A DNA stretch of 64,000 nucleotides from Bacillales bacterium (GCA_016282375.1 JAEEKI010000023.1:14840-78839), one strand, 5' to 3'; counted from the first letter of the stretch, positions 40,578 through 51,872 are shown. Numbers and translations are program-made. The notes: generated by a model from the letters alone, not told the origin.

Positions 40578-42233
40578 TTGTCAATGAGTGAGATACAGTT
40601 AGTACTTCCAAATGGTAAAAAGGTTAATTTTCCTAAATATACAACTTACTATGATATTAGTAAGCATTTTAAGATGAAAACTGATGTTTTAGGAGTAATG
40701 GTTAATAATCAGATAACATCTTTAAATGATCGTGCTGATCATAATGCGACGATAAAGTTTTTGGATATCAATGATCAAAATGGTAATCGTATTTATGTAG
40801 CAGGACTAAAGATGGTTTTTGAGTATGCTTTAAAAAAGGTATTACCCCAAGCATCAGTTAAGTTTTCTTATAGTTTACCTAAGGGAATTATCGCTGATGT
40901 AGAGTATAACAAAGAGATAACTAATGAGATAATTGGATATATTCGTAAAAGTATGTCGACGGTGGTAACGGATGATATTTTAATTGAAAAATTAATTGTT
41001 AAGAATGCTGATGGAATTGCTTATTATGAAGAAATAGGTAATGTTGTAAAAGCCGAAAATATTAAAAATATAATTGATGGTACAGTAATGCTGTATCGTT
41101 TAGATGATTTAATTAATTATTACTATTCAGAAATGCCTAGATCTACTGGCGTTATTAAAAAATATGAACTTCGTTATTTAGGACATAAACGTTTTGTTTT
41201 AAATTATCCTACGTATAGTGATGATGGTAAGACACCAGAATTTATTAATTATGCTGGAGTAATTGATGCTTACGTCGAAGGAAAAAAATGGTTAAATACA
41301 ATGAATATTCCATACATAAATGATGTTAATCGTGAAATATGTAATGGTAAGATTGCAAATTTTGTTAAATCATGTGAGTTGAACTTCAATTTAAGTATTA
41401 ATGAAACCGCAAAATACATTTCAAAGAATCCTAAAATAAAATATGTTACTATTTCAGGTCCATCAACAAGTGGTAAAACGACAGTTATTAAAAGAATTGC
41501 AAATTATTTTGAAATATATGGTTTAGATCCAATCATCATTTCTATTGACGACTATTTTAAAGAGAGAGTCGATACACCAAAAGATGAAAAAGGTGAATAT
41601 GATTTTGAATGTCTTCAAGCAATTGATCTTGATTATTTAGCTAAAGATATTGATAAATTATTAAAAGGGGAAGAAATTTATTTACCTCAGTTTAATTTTA
41701 TAACTGGCTGTAAGGAAGTATCGAGTCGTAAAATCAAAATGAAAGATAATAGTATTTTGTTATTCGAAGGATTACATGGAATTAATGATGATTTATTACC
41801 AATGTTACCTCGTAATGAAAAATATAAAATTTATGTTAGTCCTTATATACCTTTATGCTTGGATGAACATAATTTTATTACTTGTGAGGACTTAAGATTG
41901 ATTCGAAGAATAGTAAGAGATTTCCGAACTCGGGGATTCCCAGTTGAAAAGACTCTTAAGAGTAATATCAAAGTTCGGGCCGGAGAAATTAAGTATATTA
42001 ATCCGTATATTCATCAAGCGGATAAAATTATTAATACTTCTTTGCCTTATGAGGTTGGTGTTCTAAAAGTTTTTGTTGAACCTTTATTATTTGCCGTACC
42101 TCGTGATTCAGAATTCTTTAATGAGGCCCGAAGATTATTAAATTTCTTAAAACAATTTTTCACTATTAGTAGTGAATTTGTTCCTAAGGATTCTATCCTT
42201 AGAGAATTTATAGGAGGAGATAACGATGATTAG
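40578..42233 (+). CDS. TGS-domain / uridine kinase (PRK-Udk family) fusion protein
   Basis: N-terminus resembles the ThrRS TGS domain (IQLVLPNGKKVNFPKYTTYYDIS). P-loop ISGPSTSGKTT plus LLFEGLHGIND, typical of uridine kinase/phosphoribulokinase. Confidence 0.7.
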   Translation: MSMSEIQLVLPNGKKVNFPKYTTYYDISKHFKMKTDVLGVMVNNQITSLNDRADHNATIKFLDINDQNGNRIYVAGLKMVFEYALKKVLPQASVKFSYSLPKGIIADVEYNKEITNEIIGYIRKSMSTVVTDDILIEKLIVKNADGIAYYEEIGNVVKAENIKNIIDGTVMLYRLDDLINYYYSEMPRSTGVIKKYELRYLGHKRFVLNYPTYSDDGKTPEFINYAGVIDAYVEGKKWLNTMNIPYINDVNREICNGKIANFVKSCELNFNLSINETAKYISKNPKIKYVTISGPSTSGKTTVIKRIANYFEIYGLDPIIISIDDYFKERVDTPKDEKGEYDFECLQAIDLDYLAKDIDKLLKGEEIYLPQFNFITGCKEVSSRKIKMKDNSILLFEGLHGINDDLLPMLPRNEKYKIYVSPYIPLCLDEHNFITCEDLRLIRRIVRDFRTRGFPVEKTLKSNIKVRAGEIKYINPYIHQADKIINTSLPYEVGVLKVFVEPLLFAVPRDSEFFNEARRLLNFLKQFFTISSEFVPKDSILREFIGGDNDD

Positions 42234-43230
42234 AGTAGCTATAAATGGTTTTGGAAGGATAGGAAGACTAGCTTTTAGGCAAATGATTACGAGTAATGAT
42301 TTTGATATTGTTGCAATAAATTCTCGTAGTGGTACACCTGAAGAGTTTGCTTATTTAGCTAAATATGATACTGTACATGGTTCATTTCATGAAAATGAAA
42401 TTGGTTTTGACGATAATAGTTTAGTTATTTGTGGTCAAAAGCATATTCAAGTTTTTAATGAAGATGACCCTGCGAATTTACCATGGAAAGACTTAAAGGT
42501 TGATTTGGTCTTAGAGTGTACAGGTGCCTTCACTTCGAAAGAAGGAGCCATGAAGCATATCACAGCTGGTGCTAAAAAAGTATTAATTTCTGCGCCTGGT
42601 AAAGATGAAATGCCTACGATTGTAGCAAATGTTAATGATAATACTTTACCTGGTGATGCAACAGTTGTTAGTGCGTCTAGTTGTACTACTAACTGTCTTG
42701 CTCCGGTTTTAAAAGTTATTGAAGATAATTTCGGCATTGAAAGAGGCATGATGTGCACTATTCATGCTTATACATCAGACCAAGGTTTGTTAGATAATTC
42801 TCATAAGAAAGGAATTTTATCTCGAAGAGGAAGAGCAGCAGGCGCTAATATAGTACCCACGACAACGGGAGCAGCTAAATCAATTGGTTTAGTAATACCT
42901 AGTCTGAAAGGTAAATTAGATGGTTTAGCATATCGTGTACCAACGACAGACGGTTCTGTAGTAGAAGTTAATTTAGAGTTAAAAAAACATGTTTCCAAAG
43001 AAGAAATTAATCAATGTTTTAAAAATAATCAAAATGAAACGATTAGATACACTGATGATCCTATTGTATCATGTGATGTAGTTGGTAAAAAGTATGGTGC
43101 AACAGTGGATGGACTTTCAACAATGATTGTTGATGATGGTGAAAAACAATTAGTTAAAGTCGTAGCATGGTATGACAATGAGTATGGTTATACAGCTCAA
43201 ATGCTTAGGACTGCCAAGAAGATGTTTTAG
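42226..43230 (+). CDS. gap: Glyceraldehyde-3-phosphate dehydrogenase
   Basis: VAINGFGRIGRLAFR NAD-binding motif. Active site SCTTNCLAP. Confidence 0.97.
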   Translation: MIRVAINGFGRIGRLAFRQMITSNDFDIVAINSRSGTPEEFAYLAKYDTVHGSFHENEIGFDDNSLVICGQKHIQVFNEDDPANLPWKDLKVDLVLECTGAFTSKEGAMKHITAGAKKVLISAPGKDEMPTIVANVNDNTLPGDATVVSASSCTTNCLAPVLKVIEDNFGIERGMMCTIHAYTSDQGLLDNSHKKGILSRRGRAAGANIVPTTTGAAKSIGLVIPSLKGKLDGLAYRVPTTDGSVVEVNLELKKHVSKEEINQCFKNNQNETIRYTDDPIVSCDVVGKKYGATVDGLSTMIVDDGEKQLVKVVAWYDNEYGYTAQMLRTAKKMF

Positions 43231-43288
43231 GACATCTTTTTTCTTGTAAAAAAAGGCCGATTTTGATAAACTAAAAGTATATAGTAGG

Positions 43289-44425
43289 GTGATTATTGTG
43301 AAATTTATTGATGAAGAGAATATTCAACATAAGAAGGTTATTTTAAGGTTGGATTTGAATGTACCTATTGAAAATGGAGAAATAACCGACTCAACACGAA
43401 TTGAGAAATCTTTAAAGACGATTAAGTATTTGTTAGATAATCATAATAGTTTAATAATTCTTAGTCATTTAGGTCGTGTTAAGAGTCGTGAGGATAAAAT
43501 TACTAATAGTTTGAAACCTGTTGCTTATAAATTAACGGAGTTATTACATCAAAAAGTTGAATTCATCGATGAACCGGTAGGAATGGATGTCTTAAATAAG
43601 TGTAAGACATTAAATCCTGGTGAAATTGTTTTACTCGAAAATACTCGATTTTGTGATTTCCCTGAAAAACTAGAAAGTTCCAATGATCTTAATCTTGCTA
43701 AGTATTGGAGTACGTTAGGTGATGTTTTTGTATGTGATGCTTTTGGTTCATTACATCGTTTACATTCTTCGGTTGCCGGCATTTCTAAATATCTGCCATC
43801 TTACTTTGGCTTACTTGTCAAAGAAGAAATAGCTGGATTAGCACCGATTATCAATCCTCAAAGACCATTTGCTGTCTTTATGGGTGGAGCTAAGATAGAT
43901 GATAAATTACCATATATAGAAAAACTGCTTCCTGAAGTTGATTATTTATTAATAGGCGGTGGAATAGCAAATTCCTTTTTATATGCCTGCGGTTATGATG
44001 TAGGAGATAGCTTGTGTACAAAAGATGAAGATATTCTTAATCTTTTAAAAGAGTGGTTTACAAAATATCGTTCAAAAATAATTATGCCGATTGATTTTGC
44101 TTTTGATGATAAAGCTATTATGGATTTAGGCCCAAAATCAATTGCAAAGTATCAAAGTGTTTTTGAAATATGCAAAACAATATTTATTAATGGCTCTTGC
44201 GGTAAATTTGAGACCGAAAGATTTGCTAAAGGGACAGTTGATTTGTTTGCGAGTTTAAAGAATATTAAAGCATACAAAGTTGCGGGCGGCGGAGATACTT
44301 TAAATGTCATTAATAAATACCATTTAAATGCTAGTTTTAGTTTCTTATCTAGTGGTGGTGGTGCTTCCCTAGAATATGTATCTAATAAAAACTTGACAGC
44401 AATTGACTACATAAATAAAGAATAA
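43289..44425 (+). CDS. pgk: Phosphoglycerate kinase
   Basis: RLDLNVP...ITDSTRI...ILSHLGR N-domain motifs. 378 aa. Confidence 0.93.
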   Translation: MIIVKFIDEENIQHKKVILRLDLNVPIENGEITDSTRIEKSLKTIKYLLDNHNSLIILSHLGRVKSREDKITNSLKPVAYKLTELLHQKVEFIDEPVGMDVLNKCKTLNPGEIVLLENTRFCDFPEKLESSNDLNLAKYWSTLGDVFVCDAFGSLHRLHSSVAGISKYLPSYFGLLVKEEIAGLAPIINPQRPFAVFMGGAKIDDKLPYIEKLLPEVDYLLIGGGIANSFLYACGYDVGDSLCTKDEDILNLLKEWFTKYRSKIIMPIDFAFDDKAIMDLGPKSIAKYQSVFEICKTIFINGSCGKFETERFAKGTVDLFASLKNIKAYKVAGGGDTLNVINKYHLNASFSFLSSGGGASLEYVSNKNLTAIDYINKE

Positions 44426-44559
44426 TCTTAAATAATCGACACCATTTTACATTATTAGACATAAGTCGACTTTGCTTTTTATAGATTTTTAGTTTTTAAT
44501 AAATTATAATTTAATTACGTGCTTGGTTTGGTTATAAGAAAGAGAGACATAAAAAACTT

Positions 44560-45315
44560 ATGAACAAGGTAATAAGAACCGTAATTATTGATGATAGCAG
44601 CTTGGTAGTTAATAACTTAAAATCACATTTTGCAAGCAGTGATATTATTAAAGTAACAGCCGTTTTCACTAGTGGGGATGCTGCGTTTAATTATATTGTC
44701 AATCATCATGATGAAGTTGATTTAATCTTAATGGATATTTTAATATCAGGTATTGATGGTTTAACCTTTTTATCAGAAATTAAGGAACGTAATATTAACA
44801 AAAAAATTATCATTATATCGAGTTATAAAGATGAAGTAATTATTAATCGCTGTTCAAATTATAATGTTTCTTATTATATACTGAAACCTTTTAGTATTCT
44901 TGCTTTAGAAAAGCGCATTAAAGAATTGTTTAGTAATAAACCTCAGAGTTTTAAGAAAAATGAAAATATTGATTTAGAAATCAGTGACATATTGCATAAC
45001 TTAGGTATTCCTTCCCATATACGGGGATATAAGTATATTCGTGATGGTATTATTATGATTTATAACAATGATAATTTGTCATTTATTACTAAAGAAATAT
45101 ACCCACAGATTGCATATAAATATGATACAACACCTTCACGTGTGGAAAGAGCAATTAGACATGCAATTGAGGTAAGTTGGATTCGTGGAGATTTAGCTTT
45201 AATGGAAGAACTATTTGGCTTTAGTGTAAGTTGTGATAAAGCCAAACCAACTAATTCAGAGTTCTTATCGACAATTGCTGATCGCATTAAGTTAACTAGA
45301 AGTGCTTTAAAGTAG
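44560..45315 (+). CDS. spo0A: Sporulation master regulator Spo0A
   Basis: Receiver domain with the phospho-acceptor Asp (LILMDIL). Spo0A_C signature SHIRGYKYIRDGI...TTPSRVERAIRHAIEVSWIRG...KAKPTNSEF. Confidence 0.93.
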   Translation: MNKVIRTVIIDDSSLVVNNLKSHFASSDIIKVTAVFTSGDAAFNYIVNHHDEVDLILMDILISGIDGLTFLSEIKERNINKKIIIISSYKDEVIINRCSNYNVSYYILKPFSILALEKRIKELFSNKPQSFKKNENIDLEISDILHNLGIPSHIRGYKYIRDGIIMIYNNDNLSFITKEIYPQIAYKYDTTPSRVERAIRHAIEVSWIRGDLALMEELFGFSVSCDKAKPTNSEFLSTIADRIKLTRSALK

Positions 45316-45391
45316 AATTTGAAGCACTTTTTTAATTTGTTGAGTTTTTTGACTTAGTATGATAATATCATTATTGTAAGAGCGTGAGATT

Positions 45392-46885
45392 ATGAAAAAG
45401 GTATTAACTATAATATTTGATGGTTTTGGTTATCGAGAAGAAACGCGTGGTAATGCTATTAAAGCAGCCAATATGCATAATTTCTTAGATTTTTGGAATA
45501 ATTACCCTCATACAACTTTGTATGCTTCCGAAGAAAAAGTTGGTTTATTACCAGGCCAAACAGGTAATAGTGAAGTTGGTCATATGACTATTGGTGCAGG
45601 TAGGTTAATAAATTCCGATATGGATCGATTTTCTTTATTATTAAATAATCCTAGTGAATCGGCATTATATAATGAATTAATATCTCATCCAGAAAAAAGA
45701 GTTCATATCATGGGATTATGCAGTGATGGAAATAGTCATGCTAGTATTTTGCACTTTATTAGATTATATGAATTACTAGTCCAACAAGGTTTTAAAAACA
45801 TCTATTTTCATCTTGTTACAGATGGTCGCGAAACACCAGTAAAGTCAGCCTACAATTATGTTAGAACAATCGAAGATTTAATTAAAAAGTATGGCGTTGG
45901 TAAAATTGCAACAATGTGCGGTAGGTATTATGCTATGGATCGGGACAATCGTTATGAAAGAACGAAAGTTTACTACGATTTGATTACCCGTGGAATGGGA
46001 CATCGAGCTAATGATTTAAAGACAAGCATTGATCGTAGTTATGAAAAAGGTATCACTGATGAATTTATGGAACCGGTTTTGTTAAATGAGGATGGTTTAC
46101 TTCGTAATAATGATGTCTTACTTTGGATGAACTATCGTACAGATCGTGCTAAACAAATATTAGATGCTCTGGTTAATTATGATAAATTTACGGCTTTTCA
46201 AACGAAAGATTATTCTCAATTAGAGGTTTATACCCCTACTATTATTGATAAAGATATTGTTACTAAGCATTTTTTAGATGAAGTAAATGTGGATAATCCT
46301 TTAGGAATTTACTTTTCTAAATTAGGATTAAAACAAGCTCGTATTGCTGAAAGCGAAAAATATCCTCATGTTACTACTTTTTTTGATGGTGGTTTTGGTG
46401 GCAAGATTGATAATGTTGATAAATTTCATATTCCATCACCGCAAGTGGCTACATATGATTTGAAACCTGAGATGAGTGCTGTAGCAGTATGCCGTAAGAT
46501 AATGGAATGCATGGAAAAGGATTATGACTTTATTTTTGCTAATTTTGCTAATTCAGATGCTGTAGGTCATACTGGGAATATGGAAGCCGCTACCAAAGCT
46601 TGTATGGCACTAGATGTTTGCTTTGGCAAAATTTTAGAGTCAGCTGAAGAAAACTTTTATACCATAATTCTTTTAGCAGATCATGGTAATTGTGATACGA
46701 TGATTAATGAAGATGGTACACCGTGTACAACGCATTCTCTTGCAAAAGTACCGTTTGTTATCGGTGATAAAAAAGTTAAATTATTAGATGATGGTGATTT
46801 AACCAATGTAGCTCCGACAATCCTTGATTATATGGATATTGCTATCCCTAGTCAGATGACAGGAGAATCATTATTAGATAAATAA
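45392..46885 (+). CDS. gpmI: 2,3-bisphosphoglycerate-independent phosphoglycerate mutase
   Basis: 497 aa. N-terminus MKKVLTIIFDGFGYRE. ADHGN metal-site motif. Confidence 0.93.
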   Translation: MKKVLTIIFDGFGYREETRGNAIKAANMHNFLDFWNNYPHTTLYASEEKVGLLPGQTGNSEVGHMTIGAGRLINSDMDRFSLLLNNPSESALYNELISHPEKRVHIMGLCSDGNSHASILHFIRLYELLVQQGFKNIYFHLVTDGRETPVKSAYNYVRTIEDLIKKYGVGKIATMCGRYYAMDRDNRYERTKVYYDLITRGMGHRANDLKTSIDRSYEKGITDEFMEPVLLNEDGLLRNNDVLLWMNYRTDRAKQILDALVNYDKFTAFQTKDYSQLEVYTPTIIDKDIVTKHFLDEVNVDNPLGIYFSKLGLKQARIAESEKYPHVTTFFDGGFGGKIDNVDKFHIPSPQVATYDLKPEMSAVAVCRKIMECMEKDYDFIFANFANSDAVGHTGNMEAATKACMALDVCFGKILESAEENFYTIILLADHGNCDTMINEDGTPCTTHSLAKVPFVIGDKKVKLLDDGDLTNVAPTILDYMDIAIPSQMTGESLLDK

Positions 46886-46906
46886 CTGGAGAAATCCAGT
46901 TTTTTT
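46886..46906 (+). terminator. Rho-independent terminator after gpmI
   Basis: ctgga-gaaa-tccag, followed by TTTTTTT. Confidence 0.6.
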
Positions 46907-47082
46907 GTGATTTTATGCTTGATTTTGGCCTATAAACTGTGTTAAAATTGATTTTGTATGACTGCGAGGACATGCGAGGTTGCTGATACGCTAGGCAAAG
47001 TTGGTAAAATTGCATTTAGCATTTCAGGTAATTTGCATCGAGCGAGCCTATACTAGATATAGACGAAAGGAGACGTGTAAAA

Positions 47083-47391
47083 ATGTCAAAAGGACAAGTT
47101 CGTATTACATTAAAAGCTTATGATCACAGAGCATTAGATGTTGCTGCTGGTAAAATATGCGAAACCGTAAAAAGAACAGGTGGGGAAATATCTGGACCTG
47201 TACCTCTACCTACAGAGATTGAAAAATTTACTGTATTAAGAGCTGTACATAAATATAAGGATGCACGTGAACAATTCGAAAGAAGAACTCACAAAAGACT
47301 TATCGATATTAAAAACCCAAGTAAAGAGACAGTTGATGCTCTTAGCCATTTAGATTTACCAAGTGGTGTTGATATCAACATAAAATTATAA
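47083..47391 (+). CDS. rpsJ: 30S ribosomal protein S10
   Basis: [14 protein letters not shown]. First gene of the S10 operon. Confidence 0.97.
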   Translation: MSKGQVRITLKAYDHRALDVAAGKICETVKRTGGEISGPVPLPTEIEKFTVLRAVHKYKDAREQFERRTHKRLIDIKNPSKETVDALSHLDLPSGVDINIKL

Positions 47392-47413
47392 AAATAAGGA
47401 AAGGAATTAGAAA

Positions 47414-48205
47414 ATGAAAGGAATCTTAGGGCGCAAAGTTGGTATGACTCAAGTATTTACTAAAGATGGTAAACTTATTCCTGTTACAGTAGTAGAAGTT
47501 GAACCAAATGTAGTAATGCAAGTTAAAACATCTGAAAAGAATGGTTATAATGCAATTCAACTTGGCGTATTTGAAAAGAAAGAAAAAAATGCAACTAGAG
47601 CTGAAATTGGCAATGCAAAAAAAGCAAACACTACTCCTAAGCGCTTCTTAAAAGAAATAAGAGACTACGAAGGAACTTATAATGTTGGAGACGCTGTTGG
47701 TGTAGATGTATTTGCTAACGGTGAAGTAGTAGACGTTACAGGTACTACTAAAGGTAAGGGAACTCAAGGTGTTATTAAAAGACATAATCAATCTAGAGGA
47801 CCTATGGGCCATGGTTCACATTATCATAGAAGACCAGGTTCACTTGGAACAATGCTTCCAAAAAGAGTATTAAAGGGTAAAAATTTACCAGGACATATGG
47901 GTGTTGAAACAGTTACTATTCAAAATCTTGAAGTAATTGAGGTAAATGCTAACGAAAATTACATGTTAATAAGTGGTAATGTTCCTGGTGCTAAAAATTC
48001 ATTAGTATTAATTAGAACGGCTGTAAAAGGTGAAAAACCTCGTAAAGGTCAAGAATTAGTTGAATATGAAGAAACTGTTGTTGATGAAGTAGTAGAAGAC
48101 AATGCTACTAAAAATGTTACAGAAGAAGTTAACGAAGAAGTAACTGAAGAAGCTCCAGTTGAAGAAGAAACTAATGAAACTGCTGAAGAAAAGGAAGACA
48201 AGTAG
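47414..48205 (+). CDS. rplC: 50S ribosomal protein L3 (with a roughly 50-aa acidic C-terminal extension)
   Basis: [15 protein letters not shown]. The conserved L3 core is followed by an extra EEV/TEE-rich tail. Confidence 0.95.
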   Translation: MKGILGRKVGMTQVFTKDGKLIPVTVVEVEPNVVMQVKTSEKNGYNAIQLGVFEKKEKNATRAEIGNAKKANTTPKRFLKEIRDYEGTYNVGDAVGVDVFANGEVVDVTGTTKGKGTQGVIKRHNQSRGPMGHGSHYHRRPGSLGTMLPKRVLKGKNLPGHMGVETVTIQNLEVIEVNANENYMLISGNVPGAKNSLVLIRTAVKGEKPRKGQELVEYEETVVDEVVEDNATKNVTEEVNEEVTEEAPVEEETNETAEEKEDK

Positions 48206-48223
48206 TCTTAGAAAGGATTTAGA

Positions 48224-48847
48224 ATGACAAAGATAGCAATTAGAAACCTAAAAGGCGAAAAAGTTAAAGATATTACTTTAGCAGATAACGTTTGGAACGT
48301 TGAAACAAATGCTAACAGTATGAAAAAGGCTGTTAGATTACAACTTGATGCTTCAAGACAAGGTACAGCTAAAACTAAAACTAGAAGTGAAGTTTCTGGT
48401 GGTGGAAGAAAACCTTGGAAGCAAAAAGGAACTGGTCGTGCTAGACAAGGATCAATCCGTGCTACACAATGGCGTGGTGGCGGAATTGCTGGCGGCGTTA
48501 ATCCAAGAGATTACAGTTTCAAAATTAATCGTAAAGAAGGAATTTTAGCACTTAAGAGTGCCTTAACTGAAAAAGCAAATTCAAAAAAACTTATTGTTGT
48601 AGAAAATTTAGTATTAGATTCTCTTAAAACAAAAGATGCAGTTAAACTTATGAAAGATGTTGCTTTAGAAGGTAAAATTCTATTCGTAGCAAATGAAGAT
48701 GCAGAAAACTTATATATGGCTACAAGAAACTTAGACAACGTATTAGTATTATTCGCTGATGAATTAAACGTATACGATGTACTAAATGCAGATGTTCTTG
48801 TAATAGATGAAGCAAGTTTAAAAGAAATTGAGGAGGTGCTTAAATAA
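48224..48847 (+). CDS. rplD: 50S ribosomal protein L4
   Basis: Synteny. GTGRARQGS motif. Confidence 0.95.
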   Translation: MTKIAIRNLKGEKVKDITLADNVWNVETNANSMKKAVRLQLDASRQGTAKTKTRSEVSGGGRKPWKQKGTGRARQGSIRATQWRGGGIAGGVNPRDYSFKINRKEGILALKSALTEKANSKKLIVVENLVLDSLKTKDAVKLMKDVALEGKILFVANEDAENLYMATRNLDNVLVLFADELNVYDVLNADVLVIDEASLKEIEEVLK

Positions 48848-49122
48848 TGAAACATTATAGTGATATTATTATTGCACCAGTTATTACCGAAAAGTCTATG
48901 GCTGATAGACAAAATAATGTATATACTTTTAAAGTAGTTAAAGAAGCTACTAAAGACGAAATTAAAGCTGCTATTGAAGAAGCATTTAATGTTCAAGTTA
49001 AAAGTGTTAATACATTAAATACAAAATCAAAGAAAAGAAGAGTTGGAAAATACTCTGGAAGAACTAAAACTTATAAGAAAGCAATTGTTACTTTAAAAGA
49101 TGGTTCTTCTATCGAAATGTAG
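48847..49122 (+). CDS. rplW: 50S ribosomal protein L23
   Basis: Synteny. 91 aa. Confidence 0.93.
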   Translation: MKHYSDIIIAPVITEKSMADRQNNVYTFKVVKEATKDEIKAAIEEAFNVQVKSVNTLNTKSKKRRVGKYSGRTKTYKKAIVTLKDGSSIEM

Positions 49123-49137
49123 TAAGGAGGATTAAAT

Positions 49138-49968
49138 ATGGCAATTAAACATTTTAAAGCTGTTACAAATGGTCGTAGAGGAATGTCTACACTAGTTAAT
49201 GAAGAACTTACTACAAAAACTCCAACTAAAAGCCTATTAAAGACTAAGAAGAAAACTGGCGGTAGAAATAATCAAGGAAGAATGACTGTTCGTCATATTG
49301 GCGGAGGCAACAAACAAAAATATAGAATTATAGATTTTAAAAGAAATAAAATCGGTGTTACAGGTAGAGTTGCATCAATCGAATATGATCCAAATAGAAC
49401 AGCAAATATTGCTTTGATTAATTATCTAGATGGTGTAAAAAGATATATTATTGCTCCAAAAGATTTAACTGTTGGTTCAATAATTGAAAATGGTGAGAAT
49501 GCCGATATTAAAGTAGGTAATGCTCTTCCACTTCAAAATATCCCAGTTGGTACAGTAGTTCATTGTGTTGAACTTCGTCCTGGTAAAGGCGCTGAATTAT
49601 GTCGGAGCGCTGGATCATCTGCTCAAATTCTTGGTAGAGAAGGCAAATATGTTCTTTTAAGACTTCAATCAGGTGAAACTAGAAAAGTATTAGGTGTATG
49701 CTATGCATCCATCGGTGTTGTTGGTAATGAAGATTACAATTTAGTTAATCTAGGAAAAGCTGGAAGAAAAAGACATATGGGTATTAGACCAACTAACAGA
49801 GGTTCTGTTATGAACCCTAATGATCACCCTCATGGTGGTGGTGAAGGACGTGCTCCAATCGGACGTAAGAGTCCAATGACTCCTTGGGGTAAACCTGCAC
49901 TTGGTCATAAAACACGTAAACCTAAGAAAGCTTCTAGTAAGCTAATTATTAGTAGGAAGTCAAAATAG
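49138..49968 (+). CDS. rplB: 50S ribosomal protein L2
   Basis: [16 protein letters not shown] and HPHGGGEG motifs. Confidence 0.97.
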   Translation: MAIKHFKAVTNGRRGMSTLVNEELTTKTPTKSLLKTKKKTGGRNNQGRMTVRHIGGGNKQKYRIIDFKRNKIGVTGRVASIEYDPNRTANIALINYLDGVKRYIIAPKDLTVGSIIENGENADIKVGNALPLQNIPVGTVVHCVELRPGKGAELCRSAGSSAQILGREGKYVLLRLQSGETRKVLGVCYASIGVVGNEDYNLVNLGKAGRKRHMGIRPTNRGSVMNPNDHPHGGGEGRAPIGRKSPMTPWGKPALGHKTRKPKKASSKLIISRKSK

Positions 49969-49976
49969 GAGGATAT

Positions 49977-50240
49977 ATGGCAAGAAGTTTAAAAAAAGGC
50001 GCTTTTGTTGAAGAAAGTCTTCTTAAAAAAGTAAATAAAATGAATGAAGAAAACAAGAAAACAGTTATTAAAACTTGGTCAAGAAGAAGTACTATTTATC
50101 CTGAATTTGTAGGACATACGCTTGCAGTTCATAACGGTAAAGAGTTTATTCCAGTTTATATAACTGAAGAAATGGTAGGCCATAAATTAGGCGAATTTTC
50201 ACAAACTCGTAAATTTACTGGTCATGCCGGAAATAAATAG
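49977..50240 (+). CDS. rpsS: 30S ribosomal protein S19
   Basis: [23 protein letters not shown] motif. Confidence 0.97.
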   Translation: MARSLKKGAFVEESLLKKVNKMNEENKKTVIKTWSRRSTIYPEFVGHTLAVHNGKEFIPVYITEEMVGHKLGEFSQTRKFTGHAGNK

Positions 50241-50248
50241 GAGGAAAA

Positions 50249-50596
50249 ATGGAAACATATGCAATTCATAAAACAGCAATGATTAAACCTAGAGTAGCAA
50301 GAATGACTATGGATTTAGTAAGAGGTAAAAGTGTTTCAGTTGCAAGAGGCATTTTAGAAACTACTAATACTAAAGCTAGTGGTCTTATCCTTAAGGTTTT
50401 AAATTCTGCTGTTGCTAATGCTGTTAATAATAACGGTGCTGATGAAAAAGATTTAGTTATAAGTAAATGTTTTATTAATCCAGGACCTATTTATAAAAGA
50501 ATTCAATTTGCTTCTCGTGGTAATGTTGATAGACATGACAAGAGAACAAGCCATATCGTAGTATATGTAACTGATAACAAGGAGGTTACGGAATAA
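50249..50596 (+). CDS. rplV: 50S ribosomal protein L22
   Basis: Synteny. 115 aa. Confidence 0.93.
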   Translation: METYAIHKTAMIKPRVARMTMDLVRGKSVSVARGILETTNTKASGLILKVLNSAVANAVNNNGADEKDLVISKCFINPGPIYKRIQFASRGNVDRHDKRTSHIVVYVTDNKEVTE

Positions 50597-51279
50597 TGGG
50601 ACAAAAAGTTAATCCAATTGGATATCGTATCGGTGTTAATAAAGATTGGGATTCTAGATGGTATGCAGATAAAGATTATTCGAAAAATCTATTAAAAGAT
50701 ATTAAGATTAGAGAATATATCGAAAAGCATTTAAAAGATGCTGCTATTGCGAAAGTAATCATTGAAAGAAAGAAAGATCGTTGCGAAATTACATTAAATA
50801 CTGCTAAACCTGGTGTAATTATTGGCCGTGGTGGAGAAGATATTGAAAAGCTTCGTAAAGTAATTTCTAAATTAGTTAAAGAAGATGTTTACATTAATAT
50901 CGTTGAAGAAAAGAATCCAGATTTAAATGCCAAACTTGTTGCTGATAGCATTGCACTGCAAATTGAAAATAGAGCCCCATTTAGAACGGTTCAAAAAAGA
51001 GCTATCAGAAATACAATGAAAGCTGGCGCTAAAGGTATTAAGACTGCTGTTTCAGGTAGACTTGGTGGAGCAGAAATGGCTCGTACTGAAGGTTATACTG
51101 AAGGTACAGTGCCTCTACATACAATTAGAGCTGATGTTGATTATGCAACTAGTGAAGCTAATACAACTTATGGAAAAATCGGTGTAAAGGTTTGGATTTA
51201 TAAGAATGAAATCCTACCTGTTAAAAAAAGAACTACTAAGAAGGGAGCGGATTTAGATGTTGATGCCAAAGAGAACTAA
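50596..51279 (+). CDS. rpsC: 30S ribosomal protein S3
   Basis: [15 protein letters not shown] domain. Confidence 0.97.
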   Translation: MGQKVNPIGYRIGVNKDWDSRWYADKDYSKNLLKDIKIREYIEKHLKDAAIAKVIIERKKDRCEITLNTAKPGVIIGRGGEDIEKLRKVISKLVKEDVYINIVEEKNPDLNAKLVADSIALQIENRAPFRTVQKRAIRNTMKAGAKGIKTAVSGRLGGAEMARTEGYTEGTVPLHTIRADVDYATSEANTTYGKIGVKVWIYKNEILPVKKRTTKKGADLDVDAKEN

Positions 51280-51682
51280 GTATCGTAAAAGTCATAGACT
51301 TAGTTATGAAGGAAAAGCTAAAGGAAATACAACTTTAACTCAAGGCGAATATGGTCTTCAAGCTGTTGAAGGCGCATGGATCTCTGCTCGTCAAATAGAA
51401 GCTGCTCGTATCGCAATGACTCGTTTTATGAAAAGAGGCGGAAAAGTTTATATTAACATTTTCCCTCATATGCCTAGAACAAAGAAACCTCTTGAAACTC
51501 GTCAAGGTAAAGGTAAAGGTAACGTTGAAGAATGGGTAGCAGTAGTTAAAAAGGGTAAAATTTTATTTGAAATAAGTGAGATTGATGGGGAAACAGCTCG
51601 TGAAGCATTAAGACTTGCATCTCATAAGTTATCACTTAAAACGAAATTCGTAGTAAAGGAGAGTGAAACTCTTGGAAATTAG
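51257..51682 (+). CDS. rplP: 50S ribosomal protein L16
   Basis: [11 protein letters not shown]. Confidence 0.95.
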   Translation: MLMPKRTKYRKSHRLSYEGKAKGNTTLTQGEYGLQAVEGAWISARQIEAARIAMTRFMKRGGKVYINIFPHMPRTKKPLETRQGKGKGNVEEWVAVVKKGKILFEISEIDGETAREALRLASHKLSLKTKFVVKESETLGN

Positions 51683-51872
51683 TGAAATCAGAAAATTATC
51701 AAGTGAAGATTTGAAGAAAAAGATTGCTTCTAAAAAGGAAGAATTATTCACTAAAAGAATGCAAGCTTCTTCAGGAAATTTAGAAAAACCTGTTGAACTT
51801 CGCGTACTACGTAGAGAAATAGCAAGAATGAAAACAGTATTAAGAGAAAGAGAAATGGATGGTGAAAAATAA
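51663..51872 (+). CDS. rpmC: 50S ribosomal protein L29
   Basis: [30 protein letters not shown] or TTG start. Confidence 0.9.
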   Translation: MKLLEISEIRKLSSEDLKKKIASKKEELFTKRMQASSGNLEKPVELRVLRREIARMKTVLREREMDGEK

